A stretch of DNA of 64,000 nucleotides, from the NCBI GenBank assembly GCA_965285935.1, contig OZ260664.1, positions 65,844,001 to 65,908,000 on the forward strand, in the 5' to 3' direction. This stretch comes from Ophelia neglecta (taxonomy: Eukaryota). Shown here piece by piece: positions 51,001-62,100 of this stretch. The position numbers and the translations under genes are program-made. The notes under the pieces are model-generated. The model saw only the letters and a program-made list of their open reading frames with translations. It was not told the DNA's origin and did no database searches. Positions within the stretch are counted from its first letter, which is position 1; each line of letters opens with the position of its first letter.

Positions 51001-54000
51001 TCGATATTCGTTTAAATTATTATTAATCAAAGGGATTAGCTACTTACAAACCTGGTATTAAATTGATGATAATAAAATAGATAACTACGTTGATATTTTT
51101 AGGAGGTAAGCCCGACACTTCCACCTCTCACACCGTCACCAATACCGACTTCACGGACGACTACCCCGATGACGACCACACCACGGCCAAGCACCATTAT
51201 CCCTGCAACTCCTCCCTTCTCAGACGACACTGTCGGTAAGTGTCTTCGAGCTTCGAACAAAATGACTATATGAGTCGACTGTAGAGCAAGGAAGCCAAGG
51301 AAATCTTGTTAAAAGATAAATAATTCGCTAAAGAAATCTAACATGTTTTTGTACCAGGTGGATGTCAAAGAAGCAACATGGGTCGAACCTTCCTACTGGC
51401 TTTCCTGCAAAATGGCAACACCCCGGTTAACCTCGAACTGTATCCGGCAACTGTCAGCTCTCAGGCCATCTCTATCAGCGTCCGATCCCCGAGGTGGGTT
51501 GGTAATTATATATCATTGTAGCTTCCGGTCCTTTTCTACTGGCGTCAGATCCCCGCGCTATTTTGGTCAATGATATATGGTAGTGGCTCCCAGAACATCT
51601 CGTCTGGCGTCATATCCCAAAGTAGACTGTCTTTGGGTGGGTTGCGGCTCCGAGTAAGTATACATCGGGGTCAGATCCCCGAAAAAGCGTCTCTATCGAA
51701 ATACAGATTCTGTAATCAGGGACTTGCTAATGTCCTTAGACCACTGCATGCCAGAGCCAGGTCATCGATATAGGTGATAAGAAGGCATAGGCCTGTTCTT
51801 TGTTAAAATTGTCTCTGCAAGGGCTCCGTGCCTATATGCATTCATATAGTAAAAAGATTTATTTAAAGTTATGTAACTTGCAATTACTGCTGTTATGGAA
51901 TCGCTTACAATATCGGAAAAAACGAGGAACAGTACAGAATGTTGAATGGTACACCTTGTGAAGTAGACCATCTCTTGTTCCCTACAGGTTTACCAGTGAG
52001 CCGGTTAACGCCGATTTCAGTATATCAGCCGGCAATGTGGCTGTTATTTCCGTGCCCGGTGCCATTACTCTGCGCGGCTCTGAGAAGTCCACCAAGGCAA
52101 TAGAGATCCAGGCGTCGGCAGATATAGGTAGGCAAAACAGTGTATGATAACGTAGCTAACTAGTTGGTGCTGAAGACAAAAAACATGATTTGTGTTAATT
52201 TATAGGTCTATTGTAATTTGAATAGGCCTATCTCTGCTTCAAAGATTGCCGCTCCATGATTTATTTTATTTTTGTTTTCCCGCAAATTGTAGATCTACGC
52301 TTATAGGTTTCGATACAGAAAACTATTATTATTTGTAGGAATCTATGGGATGAGTTCTGTGGCGGACTCGTGCGATGGCTACTTAGCGTTCCCAACAGAT
52401 TCACTGGGAACGGAGTATTATGCATTGGCCCACTGGCCCCCGTCAGAGCGGACGCAAATAGGTAGGTAGTAGTGTTTGTGCTGTTTCCACCTTCTGGGAG
52501 TCCGCTTTGCCTTCTTCCGCCCAACTTTTTGGGGTATTAGTAGCAATATTGACGGTTAAGGTGGTATAAGTAGAAACATAAGTAGTGGTATTTTTTTTTA
52601 CATGGCGTACCTATTTTACATAGTAAGCAGGACAAATGAAAAATGCCACTTTCATTCATAATAAGACTATCATTAATGTCCAGGAAAGTAGTACAGAACT
52701 GTGAAAAGGGAAAGCTAAACTTTACACAGCATTGAACAAAACGATCCGGCAATGTACTTATATTAAATATGTATATACACATATGTAGCTGAACACAAGA
52801 ACTACTGGACCTAATTATTTAATCTTAGAAAAGATATTCTGTCGCTTTGTTTATTTTTGATAAATAAAACACGACATATAAAGATATGCGACCACTTGTG
52901 TTGCCATGAAAACACCACCCTGTGTTTTAGTGCCTGTGAACCTAAAATATTCTTTGGGGTTTTGTTCTTTTAAAGGTATTGTTGCAGCGGAGGATGGTAC
53001 TATTGTACAAGTTTACCTACAAATTGGCCGCAGTATACAGGTACAATACGACAGCAGGGTGTATGTCAGCGGAGAAACCATTACGATGTCTCTGAATAAA
53101 TATGACACAGTCGAACTGCAGGACTTCAACGACCTTTCTGGCACCCATATCAAGTACGAAACCTTTACTGGACGCTGCGCAGCGATAAGTGTTAACTTGT
53201 CCTGAAATTATATTATAATTAATAACTTGTGGTCTTAATTCATAGGTCTAAGCTAGTACGTTAAGGCTAATACTTATTTATGCCCTAAAATATACGGTAA
53301 CCCCGCTTTTACCAAGCGACCGTACCCAATTCCGGAGCTTCTTCAGGCACTACCTATAACGGTAAGAACATTCAGAAGTAGAAAAATATAAAACATTGTA
53401 TAGGGCACTAAAGAGAAGTAAATGGCGCCCTTGTCGAAATATTGCTTTGGATTAACCATTTACCAGTAGCTCTAGGAGAGGCCATCGACTGTCTGGTTCG
53501 GCGCGACGCGGAAGTTCGGAAAATTTGGTGCGAATTCGAATGGTTTAGAATAATTACAGCAATAATATTACTATTGACGATCGCAAATAAAGAATTAGAT
53601 CGCCCGTACCACCAACAACTAAAACGACCAGGGTGAAATCTTCAGTTTGTTTTGTCTGTGCTATAGGGTTCTGATAATGAGATTAACCACAATGACCATG
53701 AACCGGCCTTACACACGACACATGTATACAGACCACCTGTCGATATGACTATCGTAAAATAACGCGTCTAAACAGACCACTCCCGTTGTCAGCCCTGTAA
53801 TTTCTATACCCTTGGTGGTCTCAATTCACAGTTTCACTGCAGTTTTTAGTATATTAATTGCGTTTTTTCCAGCTCAACGAAGCCGGTGGCAGTGTTTAGC
53901 GGCAACGTGGAAACCCAAGTGGAGGGAAATGTCTTGAGTGCCGACCGCTCCTATCTGGTGGAGATGATGCCCCCCGTAAACACCTGGGGTACCACCTACT

Positions 54001-56248
54001 TTATAGTGCCGCTTCCTAATAGGTATTTATAAAATCTTTGATCTCATGCCATTTTTCCATATGCCGGTGCATGTGCAATTTCACTTTCCTAGTTGAGAAC
54101 ACCGGTCAAAATTGTCAGTTCAGTTCGAGTAGAAATTCCATCATTATAGGTCACTCTTACCGTTTTGTTCAATTTAAATGCCATACATTTAAGTTGAATT
54201 ACCATTCAGGACTGATGGTGACTTGGTGAAAATAGTGACCAGCCAAGATACCACTCGGGTATCGACTACAGACCAACTTCCGGTAACGGTATTCCTGGCC
54301 GGAGAGACCATATGGACATCACTCAGCTCCAGGTAACTCATTGTAGTTACAAATAGGTCTGACATAATAACCTACTACCCCCTACGAATATATTGAAGCT
54401 TTCTAGAATTGTAATGAATTTAACTGATTCGAATTAAATCGAGTCAACTGTCACGTAGATAGTATTATTACTATTTGTACGGTGGGGGACATACGTTTCC
54501 AAACGCCTAGTTGTAACCACTCTGTGTCTAATTCAGTTTTAATCATCCACTCTTTTCCAGCTCGTACGCGATGGTCACAGCGGACAAGCCGATAATGGTG
54601 ACCCAGTTGGCAAAAAGTCGTCTGGAGGCAGAGACCAACAAAGACCCGGCGATGATGATCATCCCGCCCATGAGTCAGTGGCGACCTCTGTATACATTCA
54701 CCACGTCAATGGCGCTCGCGGACTTCCAACATTTCGCCTTGGTGGTTATTCAAAAGGTAAGAAGCCAGCTGAAACATTATATAGTGCTAGAACCCCCCCC
54801 CCCCCCCCCCGCAGAACCTACAACGGGAACTCCCCTTCTAAACAGTATGGAGCGTACCCCTCCCCCTCGAGGCTAGAAACGTTTTTGTTGCGATTCAGTG
54901 TTTTTGTTTGTTAACTCAAATGGGTGTAACTGCCTAATTAAATGGAATGTTTTAAACAATGAATTTACATAGCACGATTTTGTCGGATTCAAAGTGCTTT
55001 AATGCACTATTACCAAATCTCTTCTCACCAGGACCAGGTCAGTTTTCTGATGATCGACGGACAGCCCGTAGCCCAGGACGGCTGGACATCATTTCCTAAC
55101 AGCTTACCAGAGATGGTCGGACGCTCATTCGAGGTATCTGCTGGCGTGCATCAACTCAGACACAGCCAAGGGGTTCTGTTCGGGGCCTACATATTCGGCT
55201 CTTCTCCGACCAATTGTGCATATGCTTTCGCTGCAGGAACTTGTCTCAACAACAGACTGGTAAGTGATTGTTATGTACTAGCATGCCTGATTGTCTCAGT
55301 CTCAGAACGACCCCGCCCTCACTTCCACAGCCCTGCTGCCGGTCGTATTGAGCTTTTGGATGATGGACCACTTTCACCATGCTGGTGTATTATGGAAGTC
55401 GTTCACCATCATCCAAACCATAAGTGGTCTTTATAAACTTATTGCTAGCAAACAAAAGTTGTTTTTGGTGTAATGACAGCTATTTAAAGCACCTTTAGGT
55501 GCATGGTAGCCATTCAAGGGGATTGAGGGGCTTGGCTTACCGTTGTATTTTGGCCATAAGGGATCATTTGCTGAGTAAGGGCGATCTAAAAACAGTCGTC
55601 AGTATATGAAGTCATAGTTTCAGATTTAAACCAATACAAATAAAATATTGGGAAGAGTATTGTCAAACGGCAGGAAATATATTACGGTAATTGCTAATGC
55701 AGATGGTCTTTCTGTAGCAGCACAGCTCGCAGTATCGGACGGGCGGGTGCGTGTGACCGAACTGGTCGGCAATGAATAATTTTCGAGTGAATTTTTATAT
55801 TTTCATAGTAGATCTATATGCATAATGGAATAATTGATGCTGTTATTCCATGATTCTGGCCGGAAAAACTGTAAATAGCGCCTCTGAATCTCTATTATTC
55901 TCGGATAATCCCACCCTGTGTGTTGCAGCACGACCACAGCAATACAAGATCCGGTCAAGAGACCTTTGCGGATAGCAATATTCGCTGTTGGTAGCCGCAT
56001 TGGATTGAGACTGACATAAGTTATAATGATGTATCATATAAAGTATGATTAATAGTCAAAGATAAATACATTGATGTTTATTTTGTTCATACACAATGTC
56101 CGTGAACAGCCAAATATTATTTTTGTATCTATCTCTGAGTAATTAGAGCAGCGATTTGCAGACGAACTTTGCTGGGTACCTGGCACCTACATGTGCTTGA
56201 CACAGCTATCATTACACCAAAAACAACATTTCTTTACTAACAACAAGG

Positions 56249-56288
<40 letters not shown>

Positions 56289-59162
56289 AACAACAAGACC
56301 GCTTTGATCCATAACCGCCTGCCGAGAAGGTAGACATTTCACCTTTTGGAGTAGTATATCCTATCCAACACATCTATCCAACACATCTAGGCAAATGGCA
56401 ATACCAGCACTGTAGGTTCTTATTTTCACAGGTTATTTGGTTATAAATTCCTCAGCTGAACATCCGATCCTAACCCCCGCCTTTACAAGTCTTTCAACGC
56501 ACGCCTTTGAGCGCGTTAGGGAATTGACGTTTTATAAAAGACATTGTTTACAAATAAAATAAAACATATTAATTATTAAACACCACCAATCCGCTGTTTG
56601 CAAAGTGCCGCCATTTGACCAAGGCATGCTACAGGAAGCGACTGGGGCAGATGCTTGTTCAGTGCCAGGAGATAACTACTCTCCACAGTCAGAATGCTTT
56701 TATGCTACGCTCTTCGGACTCACAGCCAAACGAACGGCTTTTTATTGGTTTAAACATATTTATTTATACATAATTTGGATTTTACAAAAGACGAGGGCAT
56801 AACAAAGGTAATTTCCAAATAAATCATTGAGACAATATTTACAAATATGCGTGAGATAAAAATGAGATGATGAAATGAGATGAGGGAGTTACTATACATA
56901 TAATCTATTGACATTACATGCAATTTGTCTGCTGAGTCCAAAAGACCAAGAAACTGGCAAGTAGACCGGGAGCGATATGATGCGACATGATAAGACAATA
57001 ATAGGAATAATCAATATAGTAATCCAGATTCGGGTTACTAAAGAAAATGAAAGACATATTGAAACAAAATATTTGTGAAATAGCCTACTATTTACAACGA
57101 AATATAACAATAGTCACTGGTTTATAAAAAATGATGCACAACCGATAATAACACAAATACATTAGATAATATTGCTTTTTATTCCTTATAATCAAAAGCT
57201 GTTTTGCAACCCTGGCTTCTCCCACGCTTGCTTCCGACTTTACACAAATTTATGCTTTACCTTTCTTGGCCACGAGTAAGTTAAGCATACTAGTAGGCCT
57301 ATGTTTGTTTTTCTTAAGGGGACAACACTTGCGCCGACTCTCGTGCCGACATCCAACCTACCACCCTCTTTTGTTCCAACATCTTCGACAACCACTCTAT
57401 CTACCACTCCGACAACAACAACAACAACAAGTGAGCACGGTTTTCTCTGTATTTTTAGAACGATTTTTGCCTGGATTCCCAATACCTAAACGCTAAATGC
57501 GATGATAGTCTTCGATTTTGATATAAGCCGTGAATTTAATTTAATAATAAAAAGGAGTTGTGTTTCATTTTACCCCAGAATTAAAATGGTTAGCTTACTG
57601 ACGCAGCAAAGCAACAAAATATTCCCTAAAATGTGTTTTACTCGACATTTCACTTTTCCAGCGCTTCCTCCTAAACAGAACGCAGGCCGGCAATATACTG
57701 TACCATATCCCACGAACAAAGAGGTCATTCTGTTTATCTCAACCCAGGTAGAGAACAGCGTGACTGTGGAAGCATTCTACCCCGGCGGCAGTCAACAAAT
57801 AGTGATCATGAAGGGCGCCTCTGGTCGAATTGACCTCCCTGCTAACACGGCGAACAACGCCGTCGTCAAAATTTCGTCCTCGGATGTTATCAGTATTAAT
57901 TCCTTCACATTGGGTTCGTGCCGTTCATACCTTGCTCTGACGTCCAGCAGTCTGGCTACAGAGTATTATGTAATGACTTGGTCGCCATTCAGTGGGTTGG
58001 GTGAGGCATTTTTTACAATTTCCTCATTTGCAAATGACAATGAAATCGATGTGTTCTTTGGCGGCCCATCAAGTCAGACGATCATCTGGGGGTCACAGAA
58101 AGCTCCAGGTGGCTCAACACGCTCGTTATCCCTAGCCGCAGACGAGACCGTTACCTTCACATCCAGTGGAGACATGACTGGCACATACATCGTATCATCA
58201 GATGCTTTAGCCGTGTATGCCGGCAACACGGATATTAGAATCGGGGTCCAGGGTAGCCTGGTGGACGACGTGGGGTCCCAGTTCCCGCCAACCTACACAT
58301 GGGGTAAACACTTTATCATGACCCCAATCCCTGAGAGCCTTACGGGCTACTACGTGAAGGTGCTGGCTCAAGAGGCAAACACATTGATTGCCTTCTTTGG
58401 GCCTATCTACAAATTTGTGACTATTGGCGAAGGTGATTCTATCGTGATAGACGTGTTCGATAACAGTCCATCTAATCTCATCACAAGCCAACCAGTACTT
58501 GTCGTACAGTACTCCAAGACGCCCAGCGCTCCAAGCGAAAACTCTGCACCATCCGCCATACTGGTTCCGCCGGTTGAGCAATGGAAATTCAACTATGATT
58601 TCATTGTACCGGCTACTGCCGGTTTTAAGGCCAGTATAATGATCGCATGTCCTTCGAACAAGCTAACCGGCATTCAGGTGAATAAATTGGGCATTGGATT
58701 GGATGACTGGCTGCCGATACCGGAAACTGATATAGTCACCAAATCTATACGCGCTCCAGATATTTTCTACAACGTCGAGCACCTGGACGAAATTGAAATT
58801 GGGGTGTTTGTCTACGGAACGCGAAGAAACGACTGCTCTTTCGGATTCCCCGCCGGAATGAGTCTCTTCGATCTGACCAGTCTGGATGTAAGTAGTCAGA
58901 AAATGCACAGATATATCAATACTTGAAGGCGAAAGAACCAGAAGTAGTATAGAACTTTAAAATCGCACTTAAATTTCATATATGACCTGCCGATACGGTA
59001 TCAAAATAAAAATGCTTCTGTTCGTTTCAAAGTGCCATAGGCCTATCGCAAACTGCATATTAATATTTAGTCAATAATATTTTTAGTACGAGACGACCAC
59101 TTCGGAAGCATCAACTACCACCGAGACAACTACCACTACCACTGAACTACCAGAGGAACAAG
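39059..59162 (+). CDS. Giant secreted multi-domain IgGFc-binding (FCGBP N-terminal-like) protein with Pro/Ser/Val/Thr-rich linkers; 3' end not found
   Basis: 28 phase-consistent exons: 39059-39074, 39233-39280, 39433-40459, 40568-40671, 40900-41067, 41330-41704, 42018-42731, 42858-43231, 43566-43781, 43978-45486, 45601-48165, 48370-48696, 48856-49060, 49302-49468, 49585-50414, 50571-50826, 51103-51235, 51358-51493, 51988-52127, 52339-52461, 52976-53153, 53873-54022, 54210-54332, 54561-54756, 55032-55259, 57319-57430, 57662-58887, 59087-59162. Total 11,722 nt, open throughout. Signal peptide MTGHLVFPVGVVLLLGTLTISA. Seven ~400-aa repeats with motifs G+xF..xF, LGxxY, DLSGxxIxSxxPVAVFSG, DHLxxQxPPxxxWG, PIxVxQY, LxPxxxQ, YGFPAG. 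Confidence 0.88.
41330..41704 (+). repeat. Coding 12-bp repeat (PSVA/PSAL tetrapeptides), linker between domains 1 and 2
   Basis: CCAAGTGTGGCT-type units within a single exon. Confidence 0.9.
45844..46670 (+). repeat. Coding tandem repeat, 138-bp (46-aa) unit, about 6 copies, linker between domains 3 and 4
   Basis: GCATCAGCCGTCCCT recurs at 45982, 46120, 46258, 46396 and 46534. Unit ASAVPTSVTPSVSPSAAPTAPPSAVPSVVPSVVPSxVxSMVPSVVP. Confidence 0.93.
53696..53839. mobile_element. Degenerate CAGTG-type MITE remnant
   Basis: Internal GACCACCTG / GGTGGTC repeats and a right end CAGTTTCACTG resembling 30609-30786. Confidence 0.35.
56236..56297 (+). mobile_element. Poly(A)-only retroposon-like insertion with 12-bp target-site duplication
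   Basis: ACTAACAACAAG (56236-56247), then G plus ~37 A, then ACTAACAACAAG (56286-56297); preceded by TTT. Confidence 0.75.
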
Positions 59163-62100
59163 GTAAATGTCCCTAACGTTTTGTATTGCTTTAGCCTATA
59201 GCGTTATAGGGTAAAGTCGTTTAATTTTGCTTGTCTTTAAAATATGCGCGGAATTAGCCTACTCGTTGCAGGAATTAAACCTCCTTGGTGAGCGGAATTA
59301 CCCTATTCTCTGGTTGGAATTAGTTAATGTGCAATAACCCGACTTTACGCTGCGCTGCTTCAAATAAAACTGGTTAGTTTGTAAAGTTTTCAGCGTTATA
59401 TATATATATATAAATTGCGCACTAAGTAATAAATGCTACTTCTAGTGTGAACTAGTGTGAACAGACTTGTGCCTGTGTGGAACGGGGAAGGGTTATTTTA
59501 TTTTGCGCTCACAGGGCAGCTCCGAAAGTCCAGCGCCGTTTACAGTGAACCAGATTAATCATACCGCAAATTCGAATTTTGTGAAACCGGAAGTAGAACG
59601 AAATTGATTAAAATATTTTAAGCAATGAAAGTATTCTTTGGGTTGAATGGGATTGTTTTTGAGACTGTGCATCTACTTATTTTTTTTTTCATATTCAATG
59701 AATTTGCGGCCATTTTATGTTTGTTCTTTTGAGGGTCAATGACAAGAATAACAGCCGGGAAGACACCAAAACGGAATTAACTTACTGGAATTGTCCTAAA
59801 TGGTCTCACTTCAACCTTGTACGTGAAACCGCTGACTTTTCTTATTAACTTAGCCAGGCACACTCATCAGATACACCATTACTATCTATCTATCTATATT
59901 AAAAATTCCCAAAGAGATTAAACAATAAGCCGATAATATCAAGATACACGAGGTTGTGTTGATAGGGAGCAGTTACCTGGTTGCTAGGGCTATACGGGGC
60001 ATGGGATGCAAAGTTATGGGGTGAGTGCATGTTTCCATACTAGGCTGCCCTTGATGGACATAATTTATGTTCTGCCTCCTTGCGCAGCAATGTCAGGGGG
60101 CACAGAGCATCCACCAAGGAAACTGCCACCATTGTTACGTCTGTCTCGCTCAATCCTGAATTTCTGTGCATCTGTTAGTGTTCCGTGTAAATGATAATTT
60201 CGAAATGTTAGAGCAGGTGGTACGTAGAGGCGCTGAGTTATTAAGCAAACACTACTACTAGGCCAAACGTGTACTAAATTACTCAGTGACGGGTTATACT
60301 AAACTGGCAAACAGAAGCCATTAAATTTAGATTGGCCCTGTTAAATAATGGGGTCAGTGATAAAGGCCCCGTGACCGAAAATGCTATTGACCTATAACCA
60401 GTTACCTCTCAACACTTAAACAAGCTCCCAACTAGCTTGGAAAAAAAGACAAAATGTCGTCGTGCCTCGTACTGTCTCTCATTGAGACAAGCTACCAGCT
60501 AGGCGTATAGTCGAGTCGACTCCTAGACATCTTATCGACTTAGTCTTGATACTATGATTTGACTTGATTGACTTCGCTCTCGTACTACACATAACTACCA
60601 TCAGCTTTCAAATTCCAAACGAAGCCTATTGAATAACTTTCCAGAACAAAAATTCCAGAAAGTTAATGAGCCTTAACTTAGTGGAATATGCGGCTACCCA
60701 CAAGAACGAGTACGACCGTCAATCAAATCAGTCAAACAACAATGGTGGAAACGCACCGTTGCTCAACCGTGAGGCATCTTCTTCATTCACAAAAACCTGC
60801 GAACCAAGCCTCGGCAATAACTTTTGTGTTTCTCCACTCTGCTATATGTTTGAAGTTCTATCACCAGGACTGCAGTGCCTGCATCACAGAGCCTGATAAT
60901 AAATTATGTCTATATAGAGCATTACTGCTTCCACAAATAAAACTGTATGCACTATGTGCAGTGTAGTATGTACCTATGTGCATTACATATCTGTCTAGTA
61001 TTAGCCGTCGCCTAGATGAGGTATATGTACATGATCATGTACATGCAAACTGACCGCTATATCTAGGATTTATTGAAATAATTAGTTCAAATTAGGAGAA
61101 ATTGACAACTAACGTTATGATGGATTTAAACATTTTGCATCAAAATTTATTTATTGGCATGTCTATGAGGCGCTATAACGGACAAAAAGGTCAAAATTGA
61201 AAACGTAGGCGCGAACGAATATCGAAGCAAGTTCCCGTGCTCCATACATTTGTCACCTAGATAGTCTATGCCTTGCGCTTACAGATGGAGTGGACGCTTG
61301 TTTAGAGTTCAACAATGTCGACAAAACAGCACTTGATTGCCAGGGGTTTCCTGTCAGATTATTTGCCTACAAGTAATTATACTGTGACAAGAGTTGTCTT
61401 TGTTGAGATCTTATCTGAATTCTATGGCTGACAGAATTGGTTGCCCGTTAAGTCCCCCTTACAATACCCTTAACGTGACTAAATAGGATTATTTCTTTAA
61501 AGCAATCTACTCCGTCATTAGCGTTGACTGCCTTAGAAATACTCTAGCAATTAAGCCCGACTTATCTAACGCTATTTGTAGCGACGCGTCCCAGCGTCTT
61601 CAGACCAGCTGGTTAATAGTGATTACCCTGGATTTTATTATATAAGAAATACCCTTATGAAACCTCCCTCAGTCGGCATTTCTGCTTTTCATAATTCAAA
61701 GCAATTTGTATACACAGAAACTGCCACATTCACATAACATTAATTGACACCTTTTAGTACTTATTATGCAAACCAGCTATACGTACCTATACTACGTGAT
61801 GTTAAATGAGTATGGCCCAAATTATACCTAAGTAAATTGAGAGGTTTGTCCGGACTTGCAACTCTCGGTCATTTCCGCACCGTTCTCCCCAACCCCTTAT
61901 GCAATGTTGTTTATCTAATTCCAATTTTATAATTGTACATGGGATTTAGCTTTTTTCCCATTGAGGTCCAAATCACTTTATGATTTTCATTTTCTCTGTG
62001 TTCTGGCAGAATGTAAGAGTCATATGTGCAGTTTGAACTTTGAAAGGGCTACATTTAGTATACTTCTGGCGCTCTGTTCTCTCGAGAGATAGCATTGTAC

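Noticed and set aside
55291-55473. Possible alternative hydrophobic terminal exon after domain 6
   Set aside because: It would need an intron of only about 40 nt, and a well-formed in-phase exon continues at 57319.
39433-58887. Recent horizontal transfer from bacteria, since IgGFc-binding domains also occur in bacteria and these exons are long and GC-richer
   Set aside because: The gene has 27 spliceosomal introns and the domain family is native to animals; nothing in the sequence supports recent transfer.
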